NCBI GenBank assembly: GCA_963707985.1
Contig: CAVPRW010000014.1
Coordinates: 192,001-256,000, forward strand
From: an uncultured Nitrospinota bacterium
Lineage (GTDB): Bacteria; Tectomicrobia; Entotheonellia; J063; CAVPRW01
Direction of reading: 5' to 3'
DNA length: 64,000 nt
Below the pieces are notes generated by a model. That model was not told the DNA's origin. It made no database searches and saw only the letters and a program-made list of their open reading frames with translations. The position numbers were made by a program, and so were the translations under genes. Below are positions 21,145-31,588 of this stretch, piece after piece (position 1 is the first letter of the stretch; each line of letters starts with the position of its first letter).

Positions 21145-21865
21145 ATGGGACGCCAGGAGGCCGGCTATCAGCGGTTCGGACTGGTGGGTGTATGGACGCT
21201 TTGGATACTGCAACTAGGGCTGTGCCCTGCTGTTGTGACCGAAGCAGGCCAGGCCTTAGGGCCCGACACTGTGGTGGCACGTGTGCAAAGCCGGTATGAG
21301 CGCACGACGCACTTGCAGGCCACGGTTCCGACAGGAAACCCGCGTACCTGGCTTTGATCAAGTCCAGACCGGGGAAGGGCGGGTATGGATCCTGAAACCA
21401 GGGATGATGCGCTGGGATTACACCAAGCCAGAGCGCCAAACCATCATTGCCAACAGCGATACGCTGTGGGTCTATCTTCCCGATGATCGGCAAGTGATTC
21501 GCGACCACATCAACCACTCGCTGGGAACACGCACGCCCGCCCTCTTCCTGGCAGGGCAGGCTAGGCTCACTGACTTGTTCACGGTGACGGGGATGACGAG
21601 CCAAGGCCCTGGCGAAGGCGACTTGCTTCAGCTAGAATTAGCTCCAAGAGGTGAGACTTTACCCTATACTCGCGTGTCTCTCGGGATCGATCCCAGCTCC
21701 TATCTGGTGATGGTGGTACGGGTGGTCGACGCCGCGGGAAACATGACCGCTATGTGGTTCTCCGAAATCGATACGGAGGGGGCTGTTGCGCCCTCGTTAT
21801 TTCAATTTCAAGTTCCACCGGGGGTAGAGGTCATGGCGCCACCTGTGTTCCCCGGGCCACGCTAA
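21145..21865 (+). CDS. lolA: Outer-membrane lipoprotein carrier LolA (split by a +1 insertion near 21321)
   Basis: Signal peptide...VQSRYERTTHLQA, then RFRQET...GRVWILKPGMMRWDYTKPERQTII...LWVY...FQFQVPPGVEV after a one-base shift. Confidence 0.85.
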
Positions 21866-21882
21866 TCAAGTGGGAGGCGAGT

Positions 21883-22965
21883 GTGGAAAATTTGCAAATG
21901 GTGGAGATCATCCTTAAGGTTGCGGCGGCGTTCTGTCTGCTCATTGTGATCCATGAGCTCGGGCATTTTCTGGTCGCGAAATATCTCGGGATCGGAGTGG
22001 AGCGTTTTTCGATCGGCTTCGGGCCGAAGCTTGTGAGCTTCCGCCGGGGAGAGACCGAGTACATGTTGTCTGTGATTCCTCTAGGCGGCTACGTCAAGCT
22101 CATTGGGGACGACCCGCGCGGTGCCGATGGTGATCATCCGCGAGCCTTTCTCAACAAGCCAATCAGCCACCGGATTGCTGTAGTAGCTGCGGGCCCGCTG
22201 GCGAACTTTACCTTGGCGGTGGTGATCTTAGCAGGTGTGCACTGGGTGGGTGTCCCCACGCCACAGATTTCTGAGCTCCCGGAGGTCGGAGAGGTCGTGG
22301 CCGGTTCCCCTGCGCAGCAGGCCGGTTTACAACCAGGAGACCGCATTTTGATGGTGAATGGCACGCCTGTCGGGCAGTGGGCGGATCTGGTACAGACCAT
22401 CCACCGGCATATCAATACCCCTCTGCAGCTTAGGGTACAGCGGGGCGCAGAAAGCTTTGACGTGACGGTGACCCCCAAAGCCGGCAAGATCATCAAAGAC
22501 TTGGAAGAGGTAGAGGTGGGGCTGATCGGCGTGGCGCCTCACGTCGACTTCACGGTGACGCGCTATTCTCCACCTGTCGCACTGTGGAAAGGTGTGGAGA
22601 AAACCTGGGAGCTCAGCACCCTGACTGTGGTGTCGCTGGTCAAAATGGTGCAAGGAAAGATTTCCCCCAAACATCTTGCCGGCCCCGTCGGGATTTTTCA
22701 GATGGCCGGGCAACAGGCGAAAGTCGGGCTGCTACCGCTGGTCTCGCTGATGGCTGTGCTCAGCATCAGTTTAGGAATTCTTAACCTCTTTCCCATCCCG
22801 GTGCTCGATGGCGGACATATTCTGTTCTTCGCCCTAGAAGGCCTGTGGGGACAGCCCATTAGTCCTCGCAAGCAAGAGATCGCCACACAGGTCGGTTTAT
22901 TCCTGCTCGTGGCGCTGATGTTGACCGCCTTTTATAATGATTTGCTGCGCATTTTTGCCAACTAG
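21883..22965 (+). CDS. rseP: RIP metalloprotease RseP
   Basis: HELGH, FSIGFGP, PLGGYVK, AGPLANF, PDZ domain, NLFPIPVLDGGH. Confidence 0.95.
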   Translation: MENLQMVEIILKVAAAFCLLIVIHELGHFLVAKYLGIGVERFSIGFGPKLVSFRRGETEYMLSVIPLGGYVKLIGDDPRGADGDHPRAFLNKPISHRIAVVAAGPLANFTLAVVILAGVHWVGVPTPQISELPEVGEVVAGSPAQQAGLQPGDRILMVNGTPVGQWADLVQTIHRHINTPLQLRVQRGAESFDVTVTPKAGKIIKDLEEVEVGLIGVAPHVDFTVTRYSPPVALWKGVEKTWELSTLTVVSLVKMVQGKISPKHLAGPVGIFQMAGQQAKVGLLPLVSLMAVLSISLGILNLFPIPVLDGGHILFFALEGLWGQPISPRKQEIATQVGLFLLVALMLTAFYNDLLRIFAN

Positions 22966-22984
22966 CCTCGCCTGAGGGCCGCCG

Positions 22985-24722
22985 ATGAAACGATCCCAGC
23001 TCTTCCTGCCCACGATGAAAGACATCCCAGCGGAAGCTGAGGTCATCAGCCATCAACTGATGCTTCGGGCTGGACTCATCCGCCGGGTCGCTGCCGGTGT
23101 TTATTCCTATCTACCGTTAGGGCACCGGGTCATGCAAAAGGTCTCGCAGATCGTTCGCGAAGAGATGAACCGTGCCGGGGCGCAAGAACTACTGCTGCCG
23201 GCCGTGCAGCCAGCGGAGCTATGGCAGGAGAGCGGGCGTTGGGAGCTCATGGGCAAGGAGATGATGCGGCTGAAGGATCGCCACGAGCGCGACTTTTGCT
23301 TGGGACCGACCCATGAGGAAGTGATCACCGATCTGGTGCGACGGGAAATCCGCTCCTACCGCCAACTGCCGCTCATGCTCTACCAGATTCAAACGAAATT
23401 TCGCGATGAGATTCGACCTCGGTTCGGGCTGATGCGTGGCCGCGAGTTCGTCATGAAAGATGCCTATAGCTTTGACCGAGATGACGTCGGTGCCGATGCG
23501 AGCTATCGCAAGATGTATGATGCCTACGGCGCCATCTTCTCGCGCTGTGGCCTGCAATATTCGGCGGTCGAGGCCGAGTCGGGTGCCATCGGTGGCAGTT
23601 ATTCACAGGAATTTATGGTGCTTGCCGACACTGGTGAGGATGCCATCGCCATCTGTGATGGTTGTCACTATGCGGCCAACGTCGAGCGGGCCGAAATCGC
23701 TGCCGCTGCGACACCTGAGTCAAGGGATGCGCTGAAACCGCTGACACCGGTGGAAACGCCCGGCAGAACCACCGTTGACGCGGTTGCGGCGTACCTCGGC
23801 GTGCCACGCCAGGCGATCGCCAAGACGCTCATCTACGAAGCCAATGGGCATGTGGTCGGGGTCATGGTACGAGGTGACCGACAGGTCAACGAGGCCAAGC
23901 TCGCCAAACACCTGCAGGGGGGCGGCATGCGTTTCGCCGACCGTGCCACCATTCAGCGCGTCACTGGGGGACCAGAGGGATTTTCGGGACCGGTCGGTCT
24001 CACCGGTGTGCCCATTTTGGCGGATCATGAGGTACGCGGCATGAACAATATCGTCGTCGGGGCAAATGCTGCGGACATGCATTACGCCAATGCCAATGAG
24101 GGGCGCGACTTCGGCGTCGATCACTACCTCGACGTGCGGCATGGTGAGCGAGGCTGATCCCTGCGCCCGGTGCGGAAAGCCGTTGCGGATTGTGCGCGGC
24201 ATCGAGGTCGGGCATGTGTTTAAACTGGGTACCAAGTATAGCACGTCCATGGACGCCACCTATCTCGATGCCAATGGCAGGACGCACCCTATTGTCATGG
24301 GCTGCTATGGTATCGGTGTTGGCCGCACGGCGGCTGCGGCTGTCGAGCAGCATCATGATGCAGATGGCATCATCTGGCCCCTACCCATTGCACCGCTACA
24401 CGTCATGGTCGTCCCAGCAAATATGACCGACAGTCGTAGTTGGGAGACAGCCCAGACGATCCATAACGCGCTTGAGGCTGCCGGTGTTGAAGTGTTACTC
24501 GATGATCGCGATGAACGCCCTGGAGTCAAATTTAAAGATGCGGATCTGATCGGCTTGCCCCTGCGGGTAACGATTGGCAAAGCCTTGGCGCAAGGGCAAG
24601 TGGAACTCATGGCTCGACGAACACGGCGTACCATCTTGGTCGGGGTTGACGAGGCGGTACCCCACCTGCGTCAGGTTGTGATGGGTGGGGAATCTGCTTT
24701 TCCAGAATTGTTTGTGTCTTGA
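22985..24722 (+). CDS. proS: Proline--tRNA ligase (split by a +1 insertion near 24139)
   Basis: [33 protein letters not shown], editing insertion domain, then [41 protein letters not shown] in the next frame. Confidence 0.93.
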
Positions 24723-24747
24723 CGTGTTGCCATGGGTGTGCTAAGGT
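24719..24747 (+). promoter_or_regulatory. sigma70-type promoter for the rimP-nusA-infB operon
   Basis: TTGACG-17 nt-TAAGGT with TGn extension. Confidence 0.55.
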
Positions 24748-24843
24748 TTAGCGGTGTTGAATATACTCGTAGTGGTCTGACCAGAAGGGGGGTGTGCACC
24801 CCGGTTTAGCATACCTGCCACTGCACAGGCAATCGGGAGGCAG

Positions 24844-24870
24844 AAATGGGCGATGCGCCCATTTTTTTTT
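24844..24870 (+). terminator. rimP-leader intrinsic terminator/attenuator
   Basis: AAATGGGCG-ATG-CGCCCATTT hairpin running into nine T, between the promoter and the rimP start. Confidence 0.7.
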
Positions 24871-24921
24871 CGGTGGGATGGGCCATAGCCGCACACGTGA
24901 TCGCTGGGGAGAACGCCACTG

Positions 24922-25386
24922 GTGGAGCGTGATGCCGCAATTGCAACTCTGCGACAGGCCGTTGAGTCCTTGCTGATGGCTGAAGGGATGGGTCTCGTTG
25001 ACTTGCAATGGAGTCGGCGTGGGAAACGTTGGGTTCTGACTCTCTTTATCGAGCACGAGGGGGGGGTGACTCTCGACGATTGTGCCCGGATCAGTAGGCA
25101 GGTCGGGGAGCGCATCGAAGTCGACAACCTAATCGACCATGCTTATACGCTAGAAGTCTCCTCGCCAGGCCTTGACCGACCCTTGCGGACGTTGGCCGAG
25201 TTTGAACGTTTTCATGAGCATCTGGTACGGATCGTGACGACGATTCCGATTCAGGGTCGCTCGACAATTGTCGGCCGACTCAAAGGCGTCGAGGGAGAGA
25301 GCGTGTTGGTGGAAGCGAAGCGCCTTGGCACGGTGCCCATTCCCGTGACGCAGATCAAACACGCCAGACTCGAGATCGAGTTCTGA
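24922..25386 (+). CDS. rimP: Ribosome maturation factor RimP
   Basis: GVTLDDCARISR, YTLEVSSPGLDRPL. Confidence 0.95.
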   Translation: MERDAAIATLRQAVESLLMAEGMGLVDLQWSRRGKRWVLTLFIEHEGGVTLDDCARISRQVGERIEVDNLIDHAYTLEVSSPGLDRPLRTLAEFERFHEHLVRIVTTIPIQGRSTIVGRLKGVEGESVLVEAKRLGTVPIPVTQIKHARLEIEF

Positions 25387-25401
25387 TCACCTGGAGAGAC
25401 G

Positions 25402-26652
25402 GTGGTGAATCAAGAGATTCTTCGTATAATTGAGCAAATCTCTCGGGAGAAAGGGATCGAGAAAGATGTCCTGCTCGCCGGTGTGGAAGCAGCGGTGCTC
25501 TCAGCCGCTAAACGCCGGTACGGCCCGGCTGAAAGCCTGCAGGCGCATTTTAATCCCCAATCCGGCATGCTCGAGCTGACAATCGCGAAGACCGTCGTGG
25601 AACAGCTTAAGGACCCTAAAGGCGAGATTGCATTTGAACACGCCAGGGCCTACGACCTGGAGGCGAAAGTTGGGGATGTGATGCAAATCCCTCTCGAAGT
25701 AGAGGGATTTGGGCGCATCGCGGCACAAACGGCGAAACAGGTGATCATCCAGAAGGTACGCGAAGCCGAGCGGGACATTATCTACAACGAGTACAAGGGG
25801 CGCGAGGGGGAGCTGGTCAACGGCATCATCCAACGCTTTGAGAAAGGGGATGTGATTCTTGACCTCGGTAAGACGGAGGCGCTCTTGCCGCGCAAGGAAC
25901 AATCGACGCGCGAAGCTTTCCAGCGCGGCGAACGAGTGCGGGCCTATATTCTCGAAGTCCGCAAAGGCACCAGCGGTCCCCAAATCATCGCCTCTCGCAC
26001 CCATCCAGGGCTGGTCGAACGCTTGTTCGAGATGGAGGTACCCGAGATCTATGAGGGCATCATTGAGATCAAGGGTGCGGTGCGCGAACCCAACGGACGC
26101 GCCAAGATCGCGGTCTGCTCTCGCGATCGTGCCGTCGACCCCATCGGCGCCTGCGTGGGCATGCGCGGTGTCCGCGTCCAATCGGTGGTCCAGGAGCTGC
26201 GAGGCGAGAAGATCGACATCGTGCAGTGGTCGGACGACCCTGCTACGTTCGTCGGCAATGCCCTCAGCCCGGCGAAGATCTATAAGATCAACGTCAACCC
26301 GGATGGTCGTGCCATGGAGGTGATCGTCGAAGACGATCAACTCTCGCTTGCTATCGGCAAGAAGGGCCAGAATGTTCGGCTCGCCGCCAAGCTCACCAAG
26401 TGGCGTTTGGACATCAAGAGTCGGTCAGAATATGAACAGGGGCTGCGGACGACAGCAGAGGGTGCACTCGCTGGCCTGACAGGCGTGTCGGGGGTGGTAG
26501 GCGAAATGAAGGGAGCGGTGGGCGGTGTCACGTCACCGACGCCGGCTGATATCCCCCCCGTGTCAGTGGAGAGCGAACCCGGAATAACAGAGACCTCCGA
26601 TCGCCTAGTCGATGCCACGATGGATGGCGGCACGCATGAACTTGAGCGGTAG
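25402..26652 (+). CDS. nusA: Transcription termination/antitermination factor NusA
   Basis: [43 protein letters not shown]. Confidence 0.97.
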   Translation: MVNQEILRIIEQISREKGIEKDVLLAGVEAAVLSAAKRRYGPAESLQAHFNPQSGMLELTIAKTVVEQLKDPKGEIAFEHARAYDLEAKVGDVMQIPLEVEGFGRIAAQTAKQVIIQKVREAERDIIYNEYKGREGELVNGIIQRFEKGDVILDLGKTEALLPRKEQSTREAFQRGERVRAYILEVRKGTSGPQIIASRTHPGLVERLFEMEVPEIYEGIIEIKGAVREPNGRAKIAVCSRDRAVDPIGACVGMRGVRVQSVVQELRGEKIDIVQWSDDPATFVGNALSPAKIYKINVNPDGRAMEVIVEDDQLSLAIGKKGQNVRLAAKLTKWRLDIKSRSEYEQGLRTTAEGALAGLTGVSGVVGEMKGAVGGVTSPTPADIPPVSVESEPGITETSDRLVDATMDGGTHELER

Positions 26653-27271
26653 AGTGCGACCAAGGCGGTATGATCGGTCCGTCACAGCCTCCACACGAGT
26701 GGTCGAGCGAACATGTGTCGGTTGTCTCCAAGTCGGTTCGAAAGATCAGTTGATACGGCTGGTGTGCGGTCCAAGCGGCCAGGTACTGCTGGATATCCAT
26801 GGGAAGCTGTCCGGTCGGGGGGTCTACCTCTGCACGCAGCGTCCATGCGCTGAGCAAGCCTTGAAGAAAACGCGATTGCAGGAGGCCTTCCGGCGTGAGG
26901 TGACCCTCGCTTCTATCGATGAGCTGGTGGGCGCGATGGCTAGCGTCATGGTAGAACGGGCGCTGGGGTGCATACGCATCGCCCGCAAAGCTGGCCGCGT
27001 TGTCTCGGGATACACACAGGTGAGTCGTGCCTTGATGTATGAGCCGGTGGCCTGCCTCCTCGTGGCCGAAGATACCGCACGAGATCGACTACGTGAGTAT
27101 CAGGGTTGGTGTACGAAGCGTCAGATACCCTGCCGCTCGTTCCTGACGAAGGCTCGGTTGGGCGAACTCGCTGGGCGGGACGTATGCAGTGCGATGGGGA
27201 TTTTGGAACCACGCCTGGGCGAACGTCTGATAGGGTATCTTGAAGGGATGGGCCGGTTGACGGAACGGTAA
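26636..27271 (+). CDS. YlxR (DUF448) domain fused to L7Ae-like (YlxQ) domain
   Basis: RTCVGC...LIRLV...GRGVYLC...C, followed by IARKAGRVVSG...LLVAED...LGELAGR; lies between nusA and infB. Confidence 0.8.
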   Translation: MNLSGRVRPRRYDRSVTASTRVVERTCVGCLQVGSKDQLIRLVCGPSGQVLLDIHGKLSGRGVYLCTQRPCAEQALKKTRLQEAFRREVTLASIDELVGAMASVMVERALGCIRIARKAGRVVSGYTQVSRALMYEPVACLLVAEDTARDRLREYQGWCTKRQIPCRSFLTKARLGELAGRDVCSAMGILEPRLGERLIGYLEGMGRLTER

Positions 27272-27283
27272 GGAGGTGGCCAG

Positions 27284-29431
27284 ATGGGGGTGAGGGTCTA
27301 TGAGCTGGCACGGACGTTAGGGCGCTCTAGCAAAGACCTTATGCACGAATTGAAAAAACAAGGAATCGACTTGAAAAGTCACATGAGTAGTATCGATGAA
27401 GAGACCGCCGAGCTCGTCGCTGAGTTGCTGAAAGCACAGCTACAACCTTCCTTCAAGGATACGCCAGCGGCATCGCCAGTGGTTGAGGAAGAAGAGGAAC
27501 ATTTGGAAGATACCCTCGGCACATTCCCAATAGCGGTGACCCCGGAGACGGAGGTACCAGCACTAGCGACGCCCACGCCAGTGATGATGCACACGCCGCC
27601 GTCGATCGTCGTCGAATCCCCCATAGTAGCCGATACAGTTGTGACACCAGCGGTCTCTAAAGCTTCTCCGGAAAAACTCTTGCGGCTGGGTGAGGCGGTG
27701 ACGGTGAAAGAACTTGCAGACAAGATGAATGCACGCCCGGCCGAGGTCATTAGAACGCTGATGAAGCTGGGCGTCATGGCGACAATCAATGCGGTGATCG
27801 ACCTTGACAAAGCTACCGCGCTGGCCCAAAGCTTCGGTTATAGTGTGGAGGTCACTGCGGCCGACAGTGGGGAAGCCTTCGTTGACGATGAGGATAGCGA
27901 GGAAAATCTACGGCCGCGGGCGCCTGTGGTGACCGTGATGGGACATGTCGACCATGGCAAAACCTCGCTATTAGACGCGATCCGTGCCACCAATGTCACG
28001 CAGAGCGAGGCTGGTGGCATCACGCAACATATCGGTGCTTATGCCGTAAGCACGACGCGGGGCAAAGTCGTCTTTCTCGATACCCCTGGGCACGAAGCCT
28101 TCACCGCCATGCGGGCTCGCGGCGCTCAAGCAACAGACATCGTTGTCCTGGTGGTAGCGGCCGACGATGGGGTGATGCCGCAAACCGTCGAGGCCATTAC
28201 GCATGCGCGTGCTGCAAATGTACCCATCGTGGTGGCCATCAATAAGATCGATTTGCCCAATGCCAACCCCGACCGCATCAAGCAACAGCTCAGCGACCGC
28301 GGTCTGGTCCCCGAACAGTGGGGTGGTGAGACGATTTTTGTCGAGGTCTCAGCCAAGCGCAAGCAGAATATCGATGAACTGCTTGAGATGCTTTTGTTGC
28401 AGGCGGAAATTCTCGAGCTGCGTGCGAATCCGTCCCGACATGGCCAGGGTGTGGTCATCGAGGCCGAGCTGGATAAGACCCGAGGCCCGGTGGCGACCGT
28501 GTTGGTGCAGAAAGGCACTGTGCGCATCGGCGATGCCTTCGTCGTCGGCATGCACTATGGGCGCATTCGTGCCCTCCTTAACGATCATGGGGAGAAGATC
28601 GTCGAGGCTGGCCCAGCCACGCCAGTCGAGGTCATCGGGGTGTCAGGCGTCCCGCTGGCAGGCGATCTCTTCCAGGTCGTGGCCGACGAGAAAAAGGCGC
28701 GGCAAATCGCCACCCTGCGGCAGCAACGTCGGCGTGAAGAGCACATCCAGCGCACCTCGCGGATAACGCTGGAAGATCTTTATCGCCAAATCAAAGAGGG
28801 CGAGGTCAAAGAGCTTAATGTGCTTATCAAGGCTGACGTGCAGGGATCGGCACAGGCGGTGCGTGATATCCTAGAGAAGCAGAGCACCAGTGAAGTACGG
28901 TTGCGCGTGATTCAGGGCGCGGTGGGCGGCATCACTGAGAGCGATGTCATGCTGGCGTCGGCCTCGAATGCGATCATCATCGGTTTCAACGTACGACCGA
29001 CCCCAAAAGCGAGCGAATTGGCTGAACGCGAAGGGGTTGATGTCCGCCTGTATACGATCATCTACGATCTGATCGGCGACGTCAGGGCCGCGTTGGAGGG
29101 GTTGCTGGAACCAGAGGTGGCCGAGCATATCATGGGCCGTGCTGAGGTGCGTGAGACCTACCATATTCCACGCATCGGCGTCATCGCTGGCTGCTATGTC
29201 ACCGAGGGAGCCATTACCCGTAACGCCGAGTGCCGCCTGCTGCGCGATGACGTCGTCGTGTATCAAGGGCGTATTGCCTCGCTCCGCCGCTTTAAGGAGG
29301 ACGTCCACGACGTGAGTAGCGGTTATGAATGCGGAATTGGGCTCGAACGCTTCGCCGATATTAAGCGCGGTGATATCATCGAGCCATTTGTGCGCGAGCA
29401 GGTCGCCAAGAAGCTGGCCGCGCAAAGCTAA
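27284..29431 (+). CDS. infB: Translation initiation factor IF-2
   Basis: [42 protein letters not shown]. Confidence 0.98.
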   Translation: MGVRVYELARTLGRSSKDLMHELKKQGIDLKSHMSSIDEETAELVAELLKAQLQPSFKDTPAASPVVEEEEEHLEDTLGTFPIAVTPETEVPALATPTPVMMHTPPSIVVESPIVADTVVTPAVSKASPEKLLRLGEAVTVKELADKMNARPAEVIRTLMKLGVMATINAVIDLDKATALAQSFGYSVEVTAADSGEAFVDDEDSEENLRPRAPVVTVMGHVDHGKTSLLDAIRATNVTQSEAGGITQHIGAYAVSTTRGKVVFLDTPGHEAFTAMRARGAQATDIVVLVVAADDGVMPQTVEAITHARAANVPIVVAINKIDLPNANPDRIKQQLSDRGLVPEQWGGETIFVEVSAKRKQNIDELLEMLLLQAEILELRANPSRHGQGVVIEAELDKTRGPVATVLVQKGTVRIGDAFVVGMHYGRIRALLNDHGEKIVEAGPATPVEVIGVSGVPLAGDLFQVVADEKKARQIATLRQQRRREEHIQRTSRITLEDLYRQIKEGEVKELNVLIKADVQGSAQAVRDILEKQSTSEVRLRVIQGAVGGITESDVMLASASNAIIIGFNVRPTPKASELAEREGVDVRLYTIIYDLIGDVRAALEGLLEPEVAEHIMGRAEVRETYHIPRIGVIAGCYVTEGAITRNAECRLLRDDVVVYQGRIASLRRFKEDVHDVSSGYECGIGLERFADIKRGDIIEPFVREQVAKKLAAQS

Positions 29432-29435
29432 GCCT

Positions 29436-29717
29436 ATGGTCGTTGGCATATGCACGGTCGATCTCCGTATTCCGGGTAACGACAGCCTCAAAGGCAAACG
29501 GAGCGTGGTCCGCAGGATCAAGGAGCGTGTCAAGAATACTTTCAATGTCTCCGTTGCCGAGGTGGCGGACCTTGACACGCTGCAGCGTGCGGGCCTGGGC
29601 ATCGCATTCGTCAGCAATGAAGCGAGCCACGTCCATAGCACGCTCAGCAAGGTGGTCAATTTTATCGATCACTTGTATATTGCCGAGATTATCGACTATC
29701 ACATTGAAGTCTGGTAG
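29436..29717 (+). CDS. DUF503 (YlxP-like) protein
   Basis: MVVGIC...SLKGKRSVV...FNVSVAEV; lies between infB and rbfA. Confidence 0.88.
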   Translation: MVVGICTVDLRIPGNDSLKGKRSVVRRIKERVKNTFNVSVAEVADLDTLQRAGLGIAFVSNEASHVHSTLSKVVNFIDHLYIAEIIDYHIEVW

Positions 29718-29722
29718 GCTCG

Positions 29723-30070
29723 ATGCATCCCTATAAACGCTCTGAACGTCTTGGAGAGCTCGTCCTGGCGGAAATCTCTGATCTAATCAGGCGCGAGATC
29801 AAAGATCCACGCGTTGGGTTTGTTACCTTCACACGGGTTGAGATGTCGGAGGACTTGCGGCACACGAAAGTCTTTGTCAGCAGCATTGGCACAGAACAGG
29901 AGAAGGCACGAACGCTCCAGGGCCTGGCCAGTGCGACAGGATATATTCGCCGCCATCTGGGGCGGGCCTTACACCTACGTTATACCCCGGAGATCTCCTT
30001 CCTGCTTGATGATTCGTTGGAGCATGGAGCAAAGATTGCGCAAATCCTCCGTCAACTCCATGCCGGATAA
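29723..30070 (+). CDS. rbfA: 30S ribosome-binding factor RbfA
   Basis: IKDPRVGFVT, LRYTPEISF. Confidence 0.95.
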   Translation: MHPYKRSERLGELVLAEISDLIRREIKDPRVGFVTFTRVEMSEDLRHTKVFVSSIGTEQEKARTLQGLASATGYIRRHLGRALHLRYTPEISFLLDDSLEHGAKIAQILRQLHAG

Positions 30071-31013
30071 CGCTTCCGGTCGCGTTGCGGGCTTGTTAAA
30101 CATCGACAAGCCCAGCGGTTGTACTTCACACGACGTGGTAGCCCATGTTCGCCGGTGGACCCGTGTCCCTCGTGTCGGACATGCGGGCACGCTTGACCCA
30201 CAAGCAACCGGGGTGTTACTGATCGGCCTGGGGACAGGGACGAAGCTCACCCAATTCCTGCATGAATCCCCCAAGACTTACCGCGCCACCCTGCAGCTCG
30301 GCGTGCGTACGGATACTTGTGACGCGGCGGGGAAGGTGGTTGAGGTTCGCCCCGTGCACACGATGAGCCAAGGGGAGGTCGAGGCCGTGCTCGGCGGTTT
30401 TCGAGGGACGATCGAGCAAATCCCGCCGATGTTTTCCGCCCTCAAACAGCAAGGCAGGCGTCTCTATACACTCGCACGCCAGGGGATCGAGGTCGATCGG
30501 CACCCACGGTGGGTACAGATTTACCGACTTGTCGTACTCGAGTTCACTGCGACCACTCTGTGTCTCGAAGTAGAGTGTTCAAGCGGCACATATATTCGGG
30601 TACTGGCGGATGACATCGGTCTCCGATTGGGCTGTGGGGCACACCTGAGCGCACTTGTCCGTACGGCGACGGGCTCTTTTCCCCTGGCACAAGCCCTCAC
30701 GCTGCCGGCCTTAGAGGAGGCGGTGCGCCAACACGATTGGCTGCGCCACGTAATTTCGCTGTCGGCAGCCGTTGCCGGCTTCCCAGCCCTGATCCTCACG
30801 GCTGCTGCGGCCCAAGGGCTGGCCCACGGCGTGGCGCCGATGCGACAAGGAGTGGCGCGCCACGTGGGAACATGTGCGACCGCAGATACCGTGGCGCTTC
30901 TTGGACCAGATGAAGCCGTACTTGCCATGGGATCAATGATCTGTGGTGTAGAAGAACTGGAGGACATGTCCCAGAGCGCTCCGGTTGTCAAGCTCAGACG
31001 TGTGCTGAGTTGA
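30060..31013 (+). CDS. truB: tRNA pseudouridine(55) synthase TruB
   Basis: DKPSGCTSHDVV, GHAGTLDP, QIPPMFSALK, CSSGTYIR. Confidence 0.95.
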   Translation: MPDNASGRVAGLLNIDKPSGCTSHDVVAHVRRWTRVPRVGHAGTLDPQATGVLLIGLGTGTKLTQFLHESPKTYRATLQLGVRTDTCDAAGKVVEVRPVHTMSQGEVEAVLGGFRGTIEQIPPMFSALKQQGRRLYTLARQGIEVDRHPRWVQIYRLVVLEFTATTLCLEVECSSGTYIRVLADDIGLRLGCGAHLSALVRTATGSFPLAQALTLPALEEAVRQHDWLRHVISLSAAVAGFPALILTAAAAQGLAHGVAPMRQGVARHVGTCATADTVALLGPDEAVLAMGSMICGVEELEDMSQSAPVVKLRRVLS

Positions 31014-31118
31014 GAGAATCCATACGGTAGTTCCCCCGCGCGAGTTGGCCCTGTACCCTATCCATTATCCCTGCTCAAGCCTCACGAGCCGGATTGCCAG
31101 GTGCACATGGCCGGCCCC

Positions 31119-31229
31119 TTTACAAGCTGCAGGTGTTCTGGTACAGTGAGCCATTGAGTTGAGGCATAATCGAATTTACGGTAACAGCGAGGTGTCGGCG
31201 ATAAACGTGCCTGAAAGGAGTGGGGGAGC
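31119..31229 (+). promoter_or_regulatory. rpsO promoter and candidate structured leader
   Basis: TTTACA-17 nt-TACAGT, then AGGCA...TGCCT pairing that closes just before the GGAG RBS. Confidence 0.35.
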
Positions 31230-31499
31230 ATGCCGCTGATGTTGGAGCGGAAAGGGGAGATCATTCAATCGTTCCGCCGTCATGAGCAGGATAGTGGGTC
31301 CCCGGAAGTGCAGGTTGCGATCTTGAGCGAGCGGATCGGCTATTTGACCGAGCATCTGAAGACCCATCGGAAGGATCACCATACACGGCGAGGGTTGTTG
31401 AAGCTCGTCGGGCAACGCCGGCGGCTACTGGGGTATCTTCGATCGACCGATTTCGGCCGTTATGCCGTGCTCATCGAGCGACTTGGACTGCGGCGCTAG
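31230..31499 (+). CDS. rpsO: 30S ribosomal protein S15
   Basis: [34 protein letters not shown]. Confidence 0.98.
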   Translation: MPLMLERKGEIIQSFRRHEQDSGSPEVQVAILSERIGYLTEHLKTHRKDHHTRRGLLKLVGQRRRLLGYLRSTDFGRYAVLIERLGLRR

Positions 31500-31588
31500 A
31501 CGATCCCCCTGTCGCCTATGGCCATAGGCGCGGCAGACAGACGAGACGACAGGCGCGCCTGGCCGGCAGAAACTAGCAAGGAGGGTAG

